50,193 bases of DNA from a virus (Duplodnaviria; Caudoviricetes): the IMG/VR virus record IMGVR_UViG_3300037439_000206, positions 1 through 50,193 of that record; one strand, written 5' to 3'. Below the pieces are notes generated by a model. The model had not been told where the DNA came from, ran no database searches, and saw only the letters and a program-made list of their open reading frames with translations. A program made the translations under genes and the position numbers. Within the stretch, counting starts at the first letter, position 1. Each line of letters begins with the position of its first letter. Positions 1 through 8,347 of this stretch are shown here, piece by piece.

Positions 1-127
1 GGATCGACGCCGATGCCGGCAGGCTCAAGGTCTGGGGTGTCGCAGGCGAGCGCACCGCCCTGCCGTCGATCACAGACAGCACCCCGTACGACTGGCCGAT
101 CAGCGACTTCACCGACCAAGAGGGCTG
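1..127. repeat. 127-bp terminal direct repeat, identical to 50067-50193; circular assembly overlap
   Basis: Exact identity of both ends. The length matches a common k=127 assembly overlap, and a reading frame continues across the join. Confidence 0.95.
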
Positions 128-1376
128 GTACTACAAGGCCGGGGCCTACAACAAGACCACGATCACGTCCGGATCGTCCGGCGAGGGCATCGCCAAGATC
201 TCGTACCTGAACGTGCTCGAGCCGGGCGACCCCGAAGAGCCGACGTCGGTCACCTACAGCAAGACCGGTGGCGCGGCCCCCCGCGGCGCCGGGTCCGGCG
301 CGAAGACGCTCGTCCCGGCCACCGTGCACGCGAAGGCGGGTGGGGCGGCAGCGGCCGGAGCGGGCTCTGGCGCGCGGGTCGTCACCCCCGCGGCCGTGCA
401 CGCCCGCGCCGGTGGCGCCGCCGTCCTCGGAGCAGGCTCGGCGGCGCGGGCCACGACCTCGGCCACGACGTACAGCCGGACCGGCAGCGCAGCGGCGAGC
501 AGCGCGAGCTCTGGTGCCGTCGTGCGCGACAGCGCTACCGTCTACGTCGAGCTCGGCGGGGCCGCTACTGGGTCCACCGGGTCCGGTTCCGTCGAGCTCG
601 TCCAGCCCGCCGTGCACGAGCGCACCGGCGGAGCGGCGGCGAGCACGTCCGGTGCCGGCGCCCGGCTGGTCTCGCACACGTACGCCACGACCGGTGGCGC
701 GGCCACGACCGGAGCGGGCTCCGGCGCCAAGGACGTCACGTCCATCCACAAGACCGGTGGCGGCGCAGCGCGTGGAGCCGGTAGCGGCGACCTGCAGACC
801 GGTGGCGGCGTCACCTACGCCCGCACCGGCGGGGCGAGCGCCTCGGCGGCCGGGACGGGGTCGCGCGCGACCCAGAGCGCGACCGTCTACGACCGCGCAG
901 CTGGCGCGAGCACCTCGGTCGTCGGATCCGGCGTGGCCGACGTCCAGCCCGCGGTAGTCCACACCCACACCGGTGGCGCGATCGCCTCTGCGGCCGGCAC
1001 AGGGGCCGCTGAACACGTCCCTGCCGTCCGGCACGATCGCGCCGGCGGCGCTGTGTCGCGCGGCGTCGGCTCGGGCTCCGTCGATCTGACGGCCGGTGTC
1101 GTGCACGTGAAGGCCGGTGGCGCGAGCGCGGCCAGTGCGGGCACGGGCACGCAGGAGATCGGCACGGCCGAGGTGCATGTCCGGACCGGTGGCGGAGCGG
1201 CGCAGGCCGCAGGCATCGCCCTGATCGAGGTCATCCCGGCCGCCGTGCATGTGAAGGCAGGCGGGGCGGTCGCGCTCGGCGCGGGCTCGGCTCGTGGCCG
1301 GGTCGGCGGCCGGTTCCACGCCGCCGTGCCGGTGGCCGTCGGCCAGCTCCGGTCCGGCACCCCAGTACGGAGGTGA
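1..1376 (+). CDS. 3' part of a ~921-aa tail fibre/spike that starts at 48677 and crosses the junction: end of PL7 lyase domain, then Gly/Ala/Thr repeats
   Basis: Frame is open from base 3 and in frame with ORF 213..1376. YYKAGAYN lies at 129-152, followed by ~23-aa repeats of type YxKTGGAAxxxAGSGA. Confidence 0.85.
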   Translation, partial: IDADAGRLKVWGVAGERTALPSITDSTPYDWPISDFTDQEGWYYKAGAYNKTTITSGSSGEGIAKISYLNVLEPGDPEEPTSVTYSKTGGAAPRGAGSGAKTLVPATVHAKAGGAAAAGAGSGARVVTPAAVHARAGGAAVLGAGSAARATTSATTYSRTGSAAASSASSGAVVRDSATVYVELGGAATGSTGSGSVELVQPAVHERTGGAAASTSGAGARLVSHTYATTGGAATTGAGSGAKDVTSIHKTGGGAARGAGSGDLQTGGGVTYARTGGASASAAGTGSRATQSATVYDRAAGASTSVVGSGVADVQPAVVHTHTGGAIASAAGTGAAEHVPAVRHDRAGGAVSRGVGSGSVDLTAGVVHVKAGGASAASAGTGTQEIGTAEVHVRTGGGAAQAAGIALIEVIPAAVHVKAGGAVALGAGSARGRVGGRFHAAVPVAVGQLRSGTPVRR

Positions 1377-1379
1377 CCG

Positions 1380-3116
1380 GTGGCCACCTTCGGCAGCACC
1401 GCCGACAGCGCCAGCACCACGGCCTCCAACGCAGACAAGCTCACGCTCTCTCAGGCTACGACCGGCGCGGCTGGCACGATCCAGTCTGCGACCGCGCGGA
1501 TCTGGATGGGCACCGCAGGAGGCAGCTCGCAGGTCAACTTCGTGGTCTATGCCGACTCCAGCGACGAGCCTGGCGCGCTGGTCGCGACGTCTGACCAGAT
1601 CACGCTCAACTCGTCAAGCTCGCCCGACTACCTCACCGAGGCGGCACGCACCTTCACCTTCTCCGGCGCCAACCTGATCGCGGTGCCCGCCAGCACGGCG
1701 TACTGGATCGGCGTCGCCTGGCAGAAGCCGAACGTGTCGCCCGGCTTCACGATCTCCCGGGACGCCACCGGCAGCGCACGCCGCGAGATCTCATTCACCT
1801 GGCCGAACATCCCCACGTCCGGCACCGGTGCGGTGGTCTTCACCGGCATCATCGACGCCTACGTCACCTACTCGACCTCGACGACCTACGAGAAGACCGG
1901 CGGCGCAGCGAGCTCCGGAGCGGGATCGGGCGCGAAGGTCGTCACTCCCGCCACGGCGCACACCAAGCCCGGCGGAGCGGCGACCGCCGCTGCCGGCAGC
2001 GGTGCCAGGACGCTCACCCCGGCCACGACCTACGACAAGGCCGGTGGCGCGGCCGGAGCCGCTGCAGGCTCGGGCGCGCGCCAGCTCGTCCGATCGTTCA
2101 CCGGTGCGGCCGCCACGTCGGCGGCCGGGTCCGGCGCGGTCGAGCTCACGCCCGCCACGACCTACGACCGGACCGGCGGAGCGAGCACGCTCAGCGCGGG
2201 CTCCGGCGCGGCGGTGCTCGACGAGCCGACGACCCACGACCTGACCGGCGGGGCGACTGCGAGCGCAGCTGGTAACGGCACGGTCACGGTCGTCTCCCTG
2301 ATCGACCGCTCCGGCGGCGGCGCTGCGACCTGCGCGGGCACCGGTAACCGGGCCCTGGTCCGCTCGTTGAACGGAGGGGCGGCGCTCGCAACGGCCGGGG
2401 GAGGGTCGGCGAGCGTCGTCCCCGCTACGGTCTACGACCGGACCGGCGGGGCAGCTACGCTCGCAGCGGCCGACGGCGCGCTCGTGCTCGACCCGGCCAC
2501 CACCTTCACCAGAACCGGCGGGGCAAGTACGGCCAGCGCAGGCATCGGCGCGGCGGACGTGCAGCACCCCGCCTCGTACGAGCGCACGGGCGGCGCTGCG
2601 GCTCTCGGATCAGCCGACGGTGCCCGCCAGTACGTGCGTTCGTACACCGGCGGGGCCGCTGCGCTCGGGGGCGGCAGCGGCCCCGCCGACCATGCCCTGC
2701 CGGCGCGGCACGAGCTCACCGGCGGCGCGGCGGTGTCCGGCGCGGCCACGGGCGACGTCGAGCACCAGCTCGCCGAACGGCACGACCGTGCCGGTGGCGC
2801 GGCTGCGACCAGCGCAGGTAACGGCGCGGTCACGGTCACCCACGCCACCGTCTACGAGAAGACCGGCGGTGCCGGTGCGGCCTTCGCGGGCATTGCCCTG
2901 GTCGAGGTCATCCCGGCCGCCGTCTACACCCGGACTGGCAGTGCGGCGGCCATCGGCGTAGCCATCGGCCGCGGGAGAGTCGGTGGCGATCTGTGGGCCG
3001 GGCGACCGGTCGCGTCCGGCCAGTACCACGCGGCCGAGCCGGTGACCGGGGAGCACCTGTACGCCGGCGTGCCGGTCCTCGTCGGAGCGTTGCACGCGGG
3101 CACGCCGGTCGCGTAG
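1380..3116 (+). CDS. Second repeat-rich tail fibre/minor tail protein, paralogous to the upstream gene
   Basis: GGAGG RBS, N-terminal beta-rich domain, the same TGGAA..AGSG repeats, and a similar C-terminus (GIALVEVIPAAV...GRVGG). Confidence 0.8.
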   Translation: MATFGSTADSASTTASNADKLTLSQATTGAAGTIQSATARIWMGTAGGSSQVNFVVYADSSDEPGALVATSDQITLNSSSSPDYLTEAARTFTFSGANLIAVPASTAYWIGVAWQKPNVSPGFTISRDATGSARREISFTWPNIPTSGTGAVVFTGIIDAYVTYSTSTTYEKTGGAASSGAGSGAKVVTPATAHTKPGGAATAAAGSGARTLTPATTYDKAGGAAGAAAGSGARQLVRSFTGAAATSAAGSGAVELTPATTYDRTGGASTLSAGSGAAVLDEPTTHDLTGGATASAAGNGTVTVVSLIDRSGGGAATCAGTGNRALVRSLNGGAALATAGGGSASVVPATVYDRTGGAATLAAADGALVLDPATTFTRTGGASTASAGIGAADVQHPASYERTGGAAALGSADGARQYVRSYTGGAAALGGGSGPADHALPARHELTGGAAVSGAATGDVEHQLAERHDRAGGAAATSAGNGAVTVTHATVYEKTGGAGAAFAGIALVEVIPAAVYTRTGSAAAIGVAIGRGRVGGDLWAGRPVASGQYHAAEPVTGEHLYAGVPVLVGALHAGTPVA

Positions 3117-3181
3117 CCCGCTGCGGGGATGAGTCGTTGGAGGAACAAGGCCCTGCCCCGAACGAGGCCGGAGAACCACAC

Positions 3182-3478
3182 ATGTCCGTCGAGATGATCT
3201 CGGCTGTCTTCACGGGGCTGACCGGGCTGCTCGCCGGGCTGGCAGCCGTACTGGCCAACCGATCGCGTCGGGTCAGCGAAGATTCCCGTGCGATACGCCG
3301 TGGCTACCGCGAACTGCAGCGGAAGTTCAACGTCGGACTCACGCACATCTTCACCCTGGAGACGCTGCTTGCCCGGCGGGGCCTCCCAGTCCCGGAACGT
3401 CCGAAGATCCTGGAGATGGACGAGGGCGATGACGACGGGTCCACACCGCAACGGACTGGCGCTCATGCACCCCCATGA
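3182..3478 (+). CDS. Small membrane protein (N-terminal TM plus coiled coil), lysis-cassette type
   Basis: GGAG RBS, ATG at 3182, hydrophobic N-terminus followed by a charged helix. Confidence 0.7.
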   Translation: MSVEMISAVFTGLTGLLAGLAAVLANRSRRVSEDSRAIRRGYRELQRKFNVGLTHIFTLETLLARRGLPVPERPKILEMDEGDDDGSTPQRTGAHAPP

Positions 3479-4328
3479 GTCCGCGCTGGCCGACGGCGCA
3501 CACCGCAAGGACGACGAGCGACCGGCCTCCCGCTGGTGGGTGATCGCGATCGTGATCGTCGGCATCCTCCTGGTCGGATCCGGGGTATGGCTCACCCAGG
3601 CTGGTGGCGTCGTCGAAGACCAGCGGGACGCGGCCGTGCAGCAGAAGGACGACCTGGCCGACCGGGTCATCTCTGCGTGCGCGGCCGGTGGCGAGTCCTC
3701 TCAGGAATTGCAACGGATCGGTGCCTGCCAGCAGGCCGTCGAGGCTCGCGCCGACCCGGCGCCCGACACGGTGCCAGCGCAGGGCGAACGAGGGCCGGGG
3801 CCGACGCTCGAGGAGATCCAGGCTGCGGTCGAGTCGTACATGATCGCCCATCCGCCGCCGCCGGGAGAACAGGGCCGCCCGCCCACGCCCGCCGAGGTGG
3901 CCGCTGCGGTTGCCGAGCACATGGCGGCGAACCCGCCGGAGCCCGGCCGTCCACCTACGGCGGCCGAGATCGGCGACGCGGTCACCCTGTACTTCGCGGC
4001 CAACCCGCCCGAGCCGGGCCCGCGAGGTGACCGCGGGGCGACCGGTGAACGCGGCCCCGGGCCGACTCCGGAGGAGATCCGGGCGGCGGTCGTAGCCGAG
4101 CTCGCGCAGAACCCCCCGCCGCAGGGCGAGCCGGGCGAACAGGGCGAGCCGGGTCCGACCTGCCCGCCCGGCAGCACGCTGGAGCCGGTCCTGTTCGCCA
4201 GTGGCGAGAGCGGTCTCGGCTGTGTCACGGGAGACGGGCCCAACCCGACGACCGTGCCGACGACGACCGACCCGCCCACTGAGACCACGATGTCCGACGA
4301 GGGGGACGGGGGGCTGCTCGGTGGTTGA
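3465..4328 (+). CDS. Membrane-anchored Pro-rich/collagen-like protein
   Basis: TM segment WWVIAIVIVGILLVG, G-X-Y triplets (GPRGDRGATGERGPG), and repeated PTxxEIxAAV units. Confidence 0.75.
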   Translation: MHPHESALADGAHRKDDERPASRWWVIAIVIVGILLVGSGVWLTQAGGVVEDQRDAAVQQKDDLADRVISACAAGGESSQELQRIGACQQAVEARADPAPDTVPAQGERGPGPTLEEIQAAVESYMIAHPPPPGEQGRPPTPAEVAAAVAEHMAANPPEPGRPPTAAEIGDAVTLYFAANPPEPGPRGDRGATGERGPGPTPEEIRAAVVAELAQNPPPQGEPGEQGEPGPTCPPGSTLEPVLFASGESGLGCVTGDGPNPTTVPTTTDPPTETTMSDEGDGGLLGG

Positions 4329-4689
4329 TGCCGAACCGAGCCGGTCCCAGGTGGACGGCATTCGCGTCGCCACCCTGGCCGTGCTCGCCGTGGACACCCT
4401 CGTCGTCGTGTTGCTCGCGGTGTTCCTGGTGACCAACGTGCAGTCCCAGCGCCGGACGAACGAGTGCTACCAGGACCAGGCCGATCAACTGCTGTCGTCG
4501 ATCGTCGCTGGTCGTCAGGCAGCCGTGCAGGACCGCGCCGCGCAACTCACGATGCTGAACACGATCCTCGACCCGAGCTCTGGTCCGGAGACTCGTCGCG
4601 CCGCGGTCGAGGGTTGGCGCCAGGCGCTGGCCCAGGCGGACCGTACCCGATCCACCAGTCCGATCCCCACGCAACGCTGCGCGCGTTGA
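4321..4689 (+). CDS. Membrane protein, hypothetical (start uncertain)
   Basis: One TM helix then a helical domain with two Cys; overlaps the upstream stop. Confidence 0.65.
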   Translation: MVDAEPSRSQVDGIRVATLAVLAVDTLVVVLLAVFLVTNVQSQRRTNECYQDQADQLLSSIVAGRQAAVQDRAAQLTMLNTILDPSSGPETRRAAVEGWRQALAQADRTRSTSPIPTQRCAR

Positions 4690-4732
4690 GCCGTCTTTCA
4701 TCAAGAAGGACGTCGCCCCCATAGGAGAGACC

Positions 4733-5365
4733 ATGATCCGCAAGACCGCTCTGCTGGCCGGCGCCGTCCTGGCGCTGTCCGTTATGACAGCCCCGGTCGC
4801 ACTGGCCCAGGACGACAGCACCAGCTGCGACGTGGCCAAGGACAGTGTCGCGAAGCTGGAGAAGAAGCTCGACGTGGCCGTGTTCGACGAGCGCGTGAAG
4901 GAGACCGAGAAGCGAGACGAGGCCAAGCGCGCGCGCGACGCCGCACAGGTCGACGTCGACGAGTTCGTCGCCGGCGAAGGTACTCCGACGCTCGATGAGC
5001 TGAAGCGGATCCTCAAGGACGCCAAGGAGACCCTCCGCGACGCCCAGGAGAAGCTCAACAGCGACTCGAACAAGCTCGTCGGACTGCGCGCCCAGGTCAC
5101 GTTGGCCATCGCCGAGCGCGACGAGGTGTGCGGTGGCGTGACCACCACACCCGCGACCCCCGAGCCGGAGAACGACGTCGACTGTGACGAGGTGGGGGCC
5201 AGCGAGGCGCAGCGCATCCTGGACGCCGACCGCAACGACCCGCACAACCTGGACCAGGACAACGACGGCATCGCGTGCGAGATCGACGAGGTGCTGGTCG
5301 ACGACGATGACGACGAGGTCGTCGTCCCGTCCGGTGGCGTGGCCACCGGCGGCGGCCCGGCGTGA
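4733..5365 (+). CDS. Secreted protein with coiled coil, Excalibur-like Ca-binding motif and C-terminal VPSGGVATGGG; probable sortase F substrate
   Basis: AGGAG RBS, Sec signal ending ALA-Q, DVDCDE...LDQDNDGIACE motif; coupled to the sortase by a GTGA overlap. Confidence 0.8.
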   Translation: MIRKTALLAGAVLALSVMTAPVALAQDDSTSCDVAKDSVAKLEKKLDVAVFDERVKETEKRDEAKRARDAAQVDVDEFVAGEGTPTLDELKRILKDAKETLRDAQEKLNSDSNKLVGLRAQVTLAIAERDEVCGGVTTTPATPEPENDVDCDEVGASEAQRILDADRNDPHNLDQDNDGIACEIDEVLVDDDDDEVVVPSGGVATGGGPA

Positions 5366-5961
5366 GACTGCTCGCCCTCCTGCTCGGCGCCGCGCTCCTG
5401 GCGGGGTGCGGCGCCGAGTTCGTCGACGAACCACCGCGCGAGCCGCGGATCCAGGTCGTCGACCCGCCGTCGGTCGTCGACCCGACCGCGATCAGCATCC
5501 CGAAGATCGGCGCGCAGTCGTCGCTGATCCCGCTCGGCCTGACCGAGACGAACGAGCTCGACGTCCCACCGGTGAGCGAGCCCGGCCAGGCGTCTTGGTA
5601 CGCCGGCCGCGACCCTGCGTTCGACGGCGACGAGTGGCAGCCGGGCGAGAACGGGCCGGCCATCATCGCGGGGCATGTCGACGGGACCGGTCCGGACGGC
5701 CGCAAGGGCTACCCGGGCGTGTTCGCCCGGCTGACCGAGCTGGCCCCGGGCGACCAGATCGTCATCGAGCGCTCGCCGAAGGCCCCGCTCACGTTCGTGG
5801 TCACCGGCGTCGAGCAGGTGAAGAAGGCGGCGTTCCCGTGGGACCGGGTGATGGCCGGAACCGATACGCCGACGTTGCGCCTGATCACCTGCTCGGGACC
5901 GTTCCAGCGGAGTACAGGTCACTACGTCGAGAACACGATCGTCTGGGCCGAGCTCGGGTGA
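5362..5961 (+). CDS. Class F sortase with lipoprotein signal
   Basis: LLAGC lipobox; ISIPKIG, ASWY, PGENGPAIIAGHVD, LRLITCSG and HYVENTIV motifs typical of actinobacterial class F sortases. Confidence 0.9.
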   Translation: MRLLALLLGAALLAGCGAEFVDEPPREPRIQVVDPPSVVDPTAISIPKIGAQSSLIPLGLTETNELDVPPVSEPGQASWYAGRDPAFDGDEWQPGENGPAIIAGHVDGTGPDGRKGYPGVFARLTELAPGDQIVIERSPKAPLTFVVTGVEQVKKAAFPWDRVMAGTDTPTLRLITCSGPFQRSTGHYVENTIVWAELG

Positions 5962-6107
5962 ACCTGCGCTGGCGCTGGCGCTGCGTGTCCTGCCATCACC
6001 GCAAGGACGCGCACTGGCTGCACAACGGTCCCTGCCTCGCCTGTTACTGCCCGCGCTATGCCCCGCCGTGGTGGGTGCCCCTGTGGAGGTGGCTCCGTGG
6101 ACGATGA
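5958..6107 (+). CDS. Small Cys/His-rich protein (CxxCxH...H...CxxCxC)
   Basis: GTGA overlap with the sortase stop; zinc-finger-like pattern. Confidence 0.55.
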   Translation: MNLRWRWRCVSCHHRKDAHWLHNGPCLACYCPRYAPPWWVPLWRWLRGR

Positions 6108-6315
6108 GACCGCTCGCCAGTGGCTCGTGTTCGCCGCGCTCATGCCCTATGCCGTGCACCACGACCACCGGGTCGCCCGCGTCGAGGAAGAGCAGCGCCG
6201 CGCCCGGGAACGGGCGCACCGGCTGATGACCCGGATCCCGGTCCAGCGAACCCGGACCATCACGCTCCCCCAACGCGAACCTGTGCCACGGGGGACCCGG
6301 CCGTGGCACGGCTGA
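6097..6315 (+). CDS. Hypothetical protein
   Basis: GGAGGT RBS before GTG at 6097. Confidence 0.55.
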   Translation: MDDETARQWLVFAALMPYAVHHDHRVARVEEEQRRARERAHRLMTRIPVQRTRTITLPQREPVPRGTRPWHG

Positions 6316-6509
6316 GGAACTGGCTACCCGCCACCCGGACCGACCTGCGCATCCTCTGGGACTACGTCCTCGGCCAGACCCACCACCACACCAAGCTCGC
6401 CGAGCGCGTCGCGCGCCTGGAAGCAGACCTCGGCGTCCGGCCGGATGCTCCCCAGCGGCCGGACGCCGACCCAGACCGAGGGGGGCCCAATGGGCGACTG
6501 GCGCCTTGA
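6303..6509 (+). CDS. Hypothetical protein with short coiled coil
   Basis: Overlapping operon position; LAERVARLEADL helix. Confidence 0.5.
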   Translation: MARLRNWLPATRTDLRILWDYVLGQTHHHTKLAERVARLEADLGVRPDAPQRPDADPDRGGPNGRLAP

Positions 6510-6678
6510 TCAGAACGAGCGGTGGGTCTACCACGAAGGCGACCCGGCGAGTGACCCCACCGCGACCTCGCTGATGCCGGCCGTCGTGGACAACACGGTC
6601 GACGTCCCACCGCGGGTCGACGACTGGTGCGAGGACCGCCCCCCGGGCGAACTGACCGACTCCGACGAGCGGGAGTAG
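6490..6678 (+). CDS. Hypothetical acidic protein
   Basis: GAGGGGG RBS before ATG at 6490. Confidence 0.55.
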   Translation: MGDWRLDQNERWVYHEGDPASDPTATSLMPAVVDNTVDVPPRVDDWCEDRPPGELTDSDERE

Positions 6679-6683
6679 GGCGA

Positions 6684-7508
6684 ATGCCGTACATGACGTG
6701 GCTCGCGGACGCCCTGCGCGCGGGCGGGCTGCAGGTCCGCGAGATCGACGGGTGGCGCACCCGCGGGCACGGCGCCATGGCCGACGTGCGCGGCGTGGTC
6801 TGTCACCACACCGCCGGTGCCGCCAGCGGCAACTACCCATCGGAGAGGGTCGTCGTCAACGGCCGGACCGGGCTGGCCGGGCCGCTGTGCAACCTCGGCC
6901 TGGCCCGCGACGGGACGTGGATCGTGGTCGCCGCCGGTCAGGCCTGGCACGCCGGGACCGGATCCGCGTCCTGGTGCCCGGCGAACACCGGCAACTCGCG
7001 CCTGATCGGTGTCGAGGCCGAGAGCGTCGGCACCCGGGACGACTGGACGCGCGAGCAGCGCGAGTCCTACCCCCGTGGTGTGGCGATGCTGCTGCGCTAC
7101 CTGAAGCTGCCCGCCTCGCGCGCGATCGCGCACCGGGAGTGGGCGCCCGGCCGGAAGATCGACCCCGCGTTCTGGGACATGAACGAGTTCCGCCGCTCCG
7201 TCGATCGTTACCTCGCCCCGCCCGTAGCCGTTGTACCTGCGAAGACGCTCCCCGTCGCGCCCCCACGAGAGGACGCCATGCTCATTCGATCCCAGCCGGA
7301 CAAGTCCAAGCCGGACGTGGTGACCGGTCTGCTGTCCGGCTTCAACTTCGTCGGCCTGGGTCGCACCGAGACGCCGAGCGACGACGAAGCGCGCAAGCAG
7401 GGCATCCCGGTCATCTGGGTCGAGTACGGCACCTGGCTGGAGTTCGACCGGCGCAGCCACGTGATGCTCGGCGACCGCCCCGAGAAGGTCTCAGCCCCAA
7501 ACCTCTGA
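6684..7508 (+). CDS. Endolysin, N-acetylmuramoyl-L-alanine amidase (Amidase_2 type)
   Basis: WLADALRAGGL, VVCHHTA, AWHAG, IGVEAE and AHREWAPGRKIDP motifs. Confidence 0.92.
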   Translation: MPYMTWLADALRAGGLQVREIDGWRTRGHGAMADVRGVVCHHTAGAASGNYPSERVVVNGRTGLAGPLCNLGLARDGTWIVVAAGQAWHAGTGSASWCPANTGNSRLIGVEAESVGTRDDWTREQRESYPRGVAMLLRYLKLPASRAIAHREWAPGRKIDPAFWDMNEFRRSVDRYLAPPVAVVPAKTLPVAPPREDAMLIRSQPDKSKPDVVTGLLSGFNFVGLGRTETPSDDEARKQGIPVIWVEYGTWLEFDRRSHVMLGDRPEKVSAPNL

Positions 7509-7555
7509 GGCTCGTCAGTCCGACGAGCCTGCTCACTCAGTCCCCGGAGGACACC

Positions 7556-7819
7556 ATGGCCAACATCGAGGGCCAGCCCGACCACGCCGCCGCTCCCGTC
7601 AAGACCGTCGGCCTGTCGCCGAAGGCGATCGCGGGCACCACCGTCGCCGCACTGGTCGGCGTCGTGGTGACCATCCTCAACGCCGTACAGGAGAACCCCG
7701 ACCTGCTCGGCGTGCTGCCCACCTGGGCCCAGTCGCTGATCCTACTGCTGGTGCCACCGGTGATCGTCTGGCTGGCCACCTACCAGGCCAGTCCCGGTAC
7801 CGTCGTCGAGAGGAACTGA
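7556..7819 (+). CDS. Putative holin (2 TM)
   Basis: GGAGG RBS, two hydrophobic helices, directly after the endolysin. Confidence 0.75.
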   Translation: MANIEGQPDHAAAPVKTVGLSPKAIAGTTVAALVGVVVTILNAVQENPDLLGVLPTWAQSLILLLVPPVIVWLATYQASPGTVVERN

Positions 7820-7821
7820 TC

Positions 7822-7992
7822 ATGAACCTGGCCGCGATCGTGTTCGCCATCCTGGCCGTGCTGTGCTTCCTGCTCGCGCTGTTCGGTGCGGCGATCGGTG
7901 TGGACGCCGCCGTGCTCGGCCTGGTCTTCACGGCCGTCACGCTGCTCTGCATGAACCTGCCGGTGGCGTCCTGGGGACGACGCGCTCCCTGA
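7822..7992 (+). CDS. Small 2-TM membrane protein (second holin-like), 56 aa
   Basis: Translated by hand: MNLAAIVFAILAVLCFLLALFG...WGRRAP; GAGAGG RBS. Confidence 0.65.
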   Translation: MNLAAIVFAILAVLCFLLALFGAAIGVDAAVLGLVFTAVTLLCMNLPVASWGRRAP

Positions 7993-8049
7993 TCTTGCAC
8001 AGCCTGTAGGCTGACGAGGTCGATCGGGACTGTCCTCTCGTTGACACAG

Positions 8050-8081
8050 AAGAGCCCCCCGTCTTCGGACGGGGGGCTCTT
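8050..8081. terminator. Bidirectional intrinsic terminator between the convergent late and early arms
   Basis: Perfect 14-bp stem AAGAGCCCCCCGTC/GACGGGGGGCTCTT with a TTCG loop. Confidence 0.9.
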
Positions 8082-8103
8082 TCCGTGCGTCTGAGGTCAG
8101 GAG

Positions 8104-8292
8104 CTATCGCGCCGGGCGGCTGATATCCAGGGCGGCCTGTGCGCCGGCCCGGAGCGTGCACCCGCGCGAGTGACACAGCGGGCAGTGCCCGGTCGCGTCC
8201 GGGGCGTGCGTGGCGACCAGCCGGCGCAGGTTGGGGATCGGCGTACAGCTCTGGAAGGTGCGAACGAGCATGAGCATGTCGGCGTGATTCAC
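8104..8292 (-). CDS. Small His/Cys protein (H...CPLC...C)
   Basis: GAGAGGAC RBS 3 nt before GTG; ends at the terminator. Confidence 0.65.
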   Translation of the reverse strand: MNHADMLMLVRTFQSCTPIPNLRRLVATHAPDATGHCPLCHSRGCTLRAGAQAALDISRPAR

Positions 8293-8347
8293 GGAGTCCT
8301 CTCGTTCGTTGTTGGTGCGCAACGGTTCGCTCAGGACAACAGACCTG

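Noticed and set aside
1-3116. Diversity-generating retroelement acting on the fibres
   Set aside because: No reverse transcriptase and no adenine-specific template/variable repeat pair seen.
4225-6840. Long antisense ORFs (e.g. 871 aa at 4225-6840, 718 aa at 42518-44674)
   Set aside because: Shadow frames expected in high-GC DNA opposite well-supported genes.
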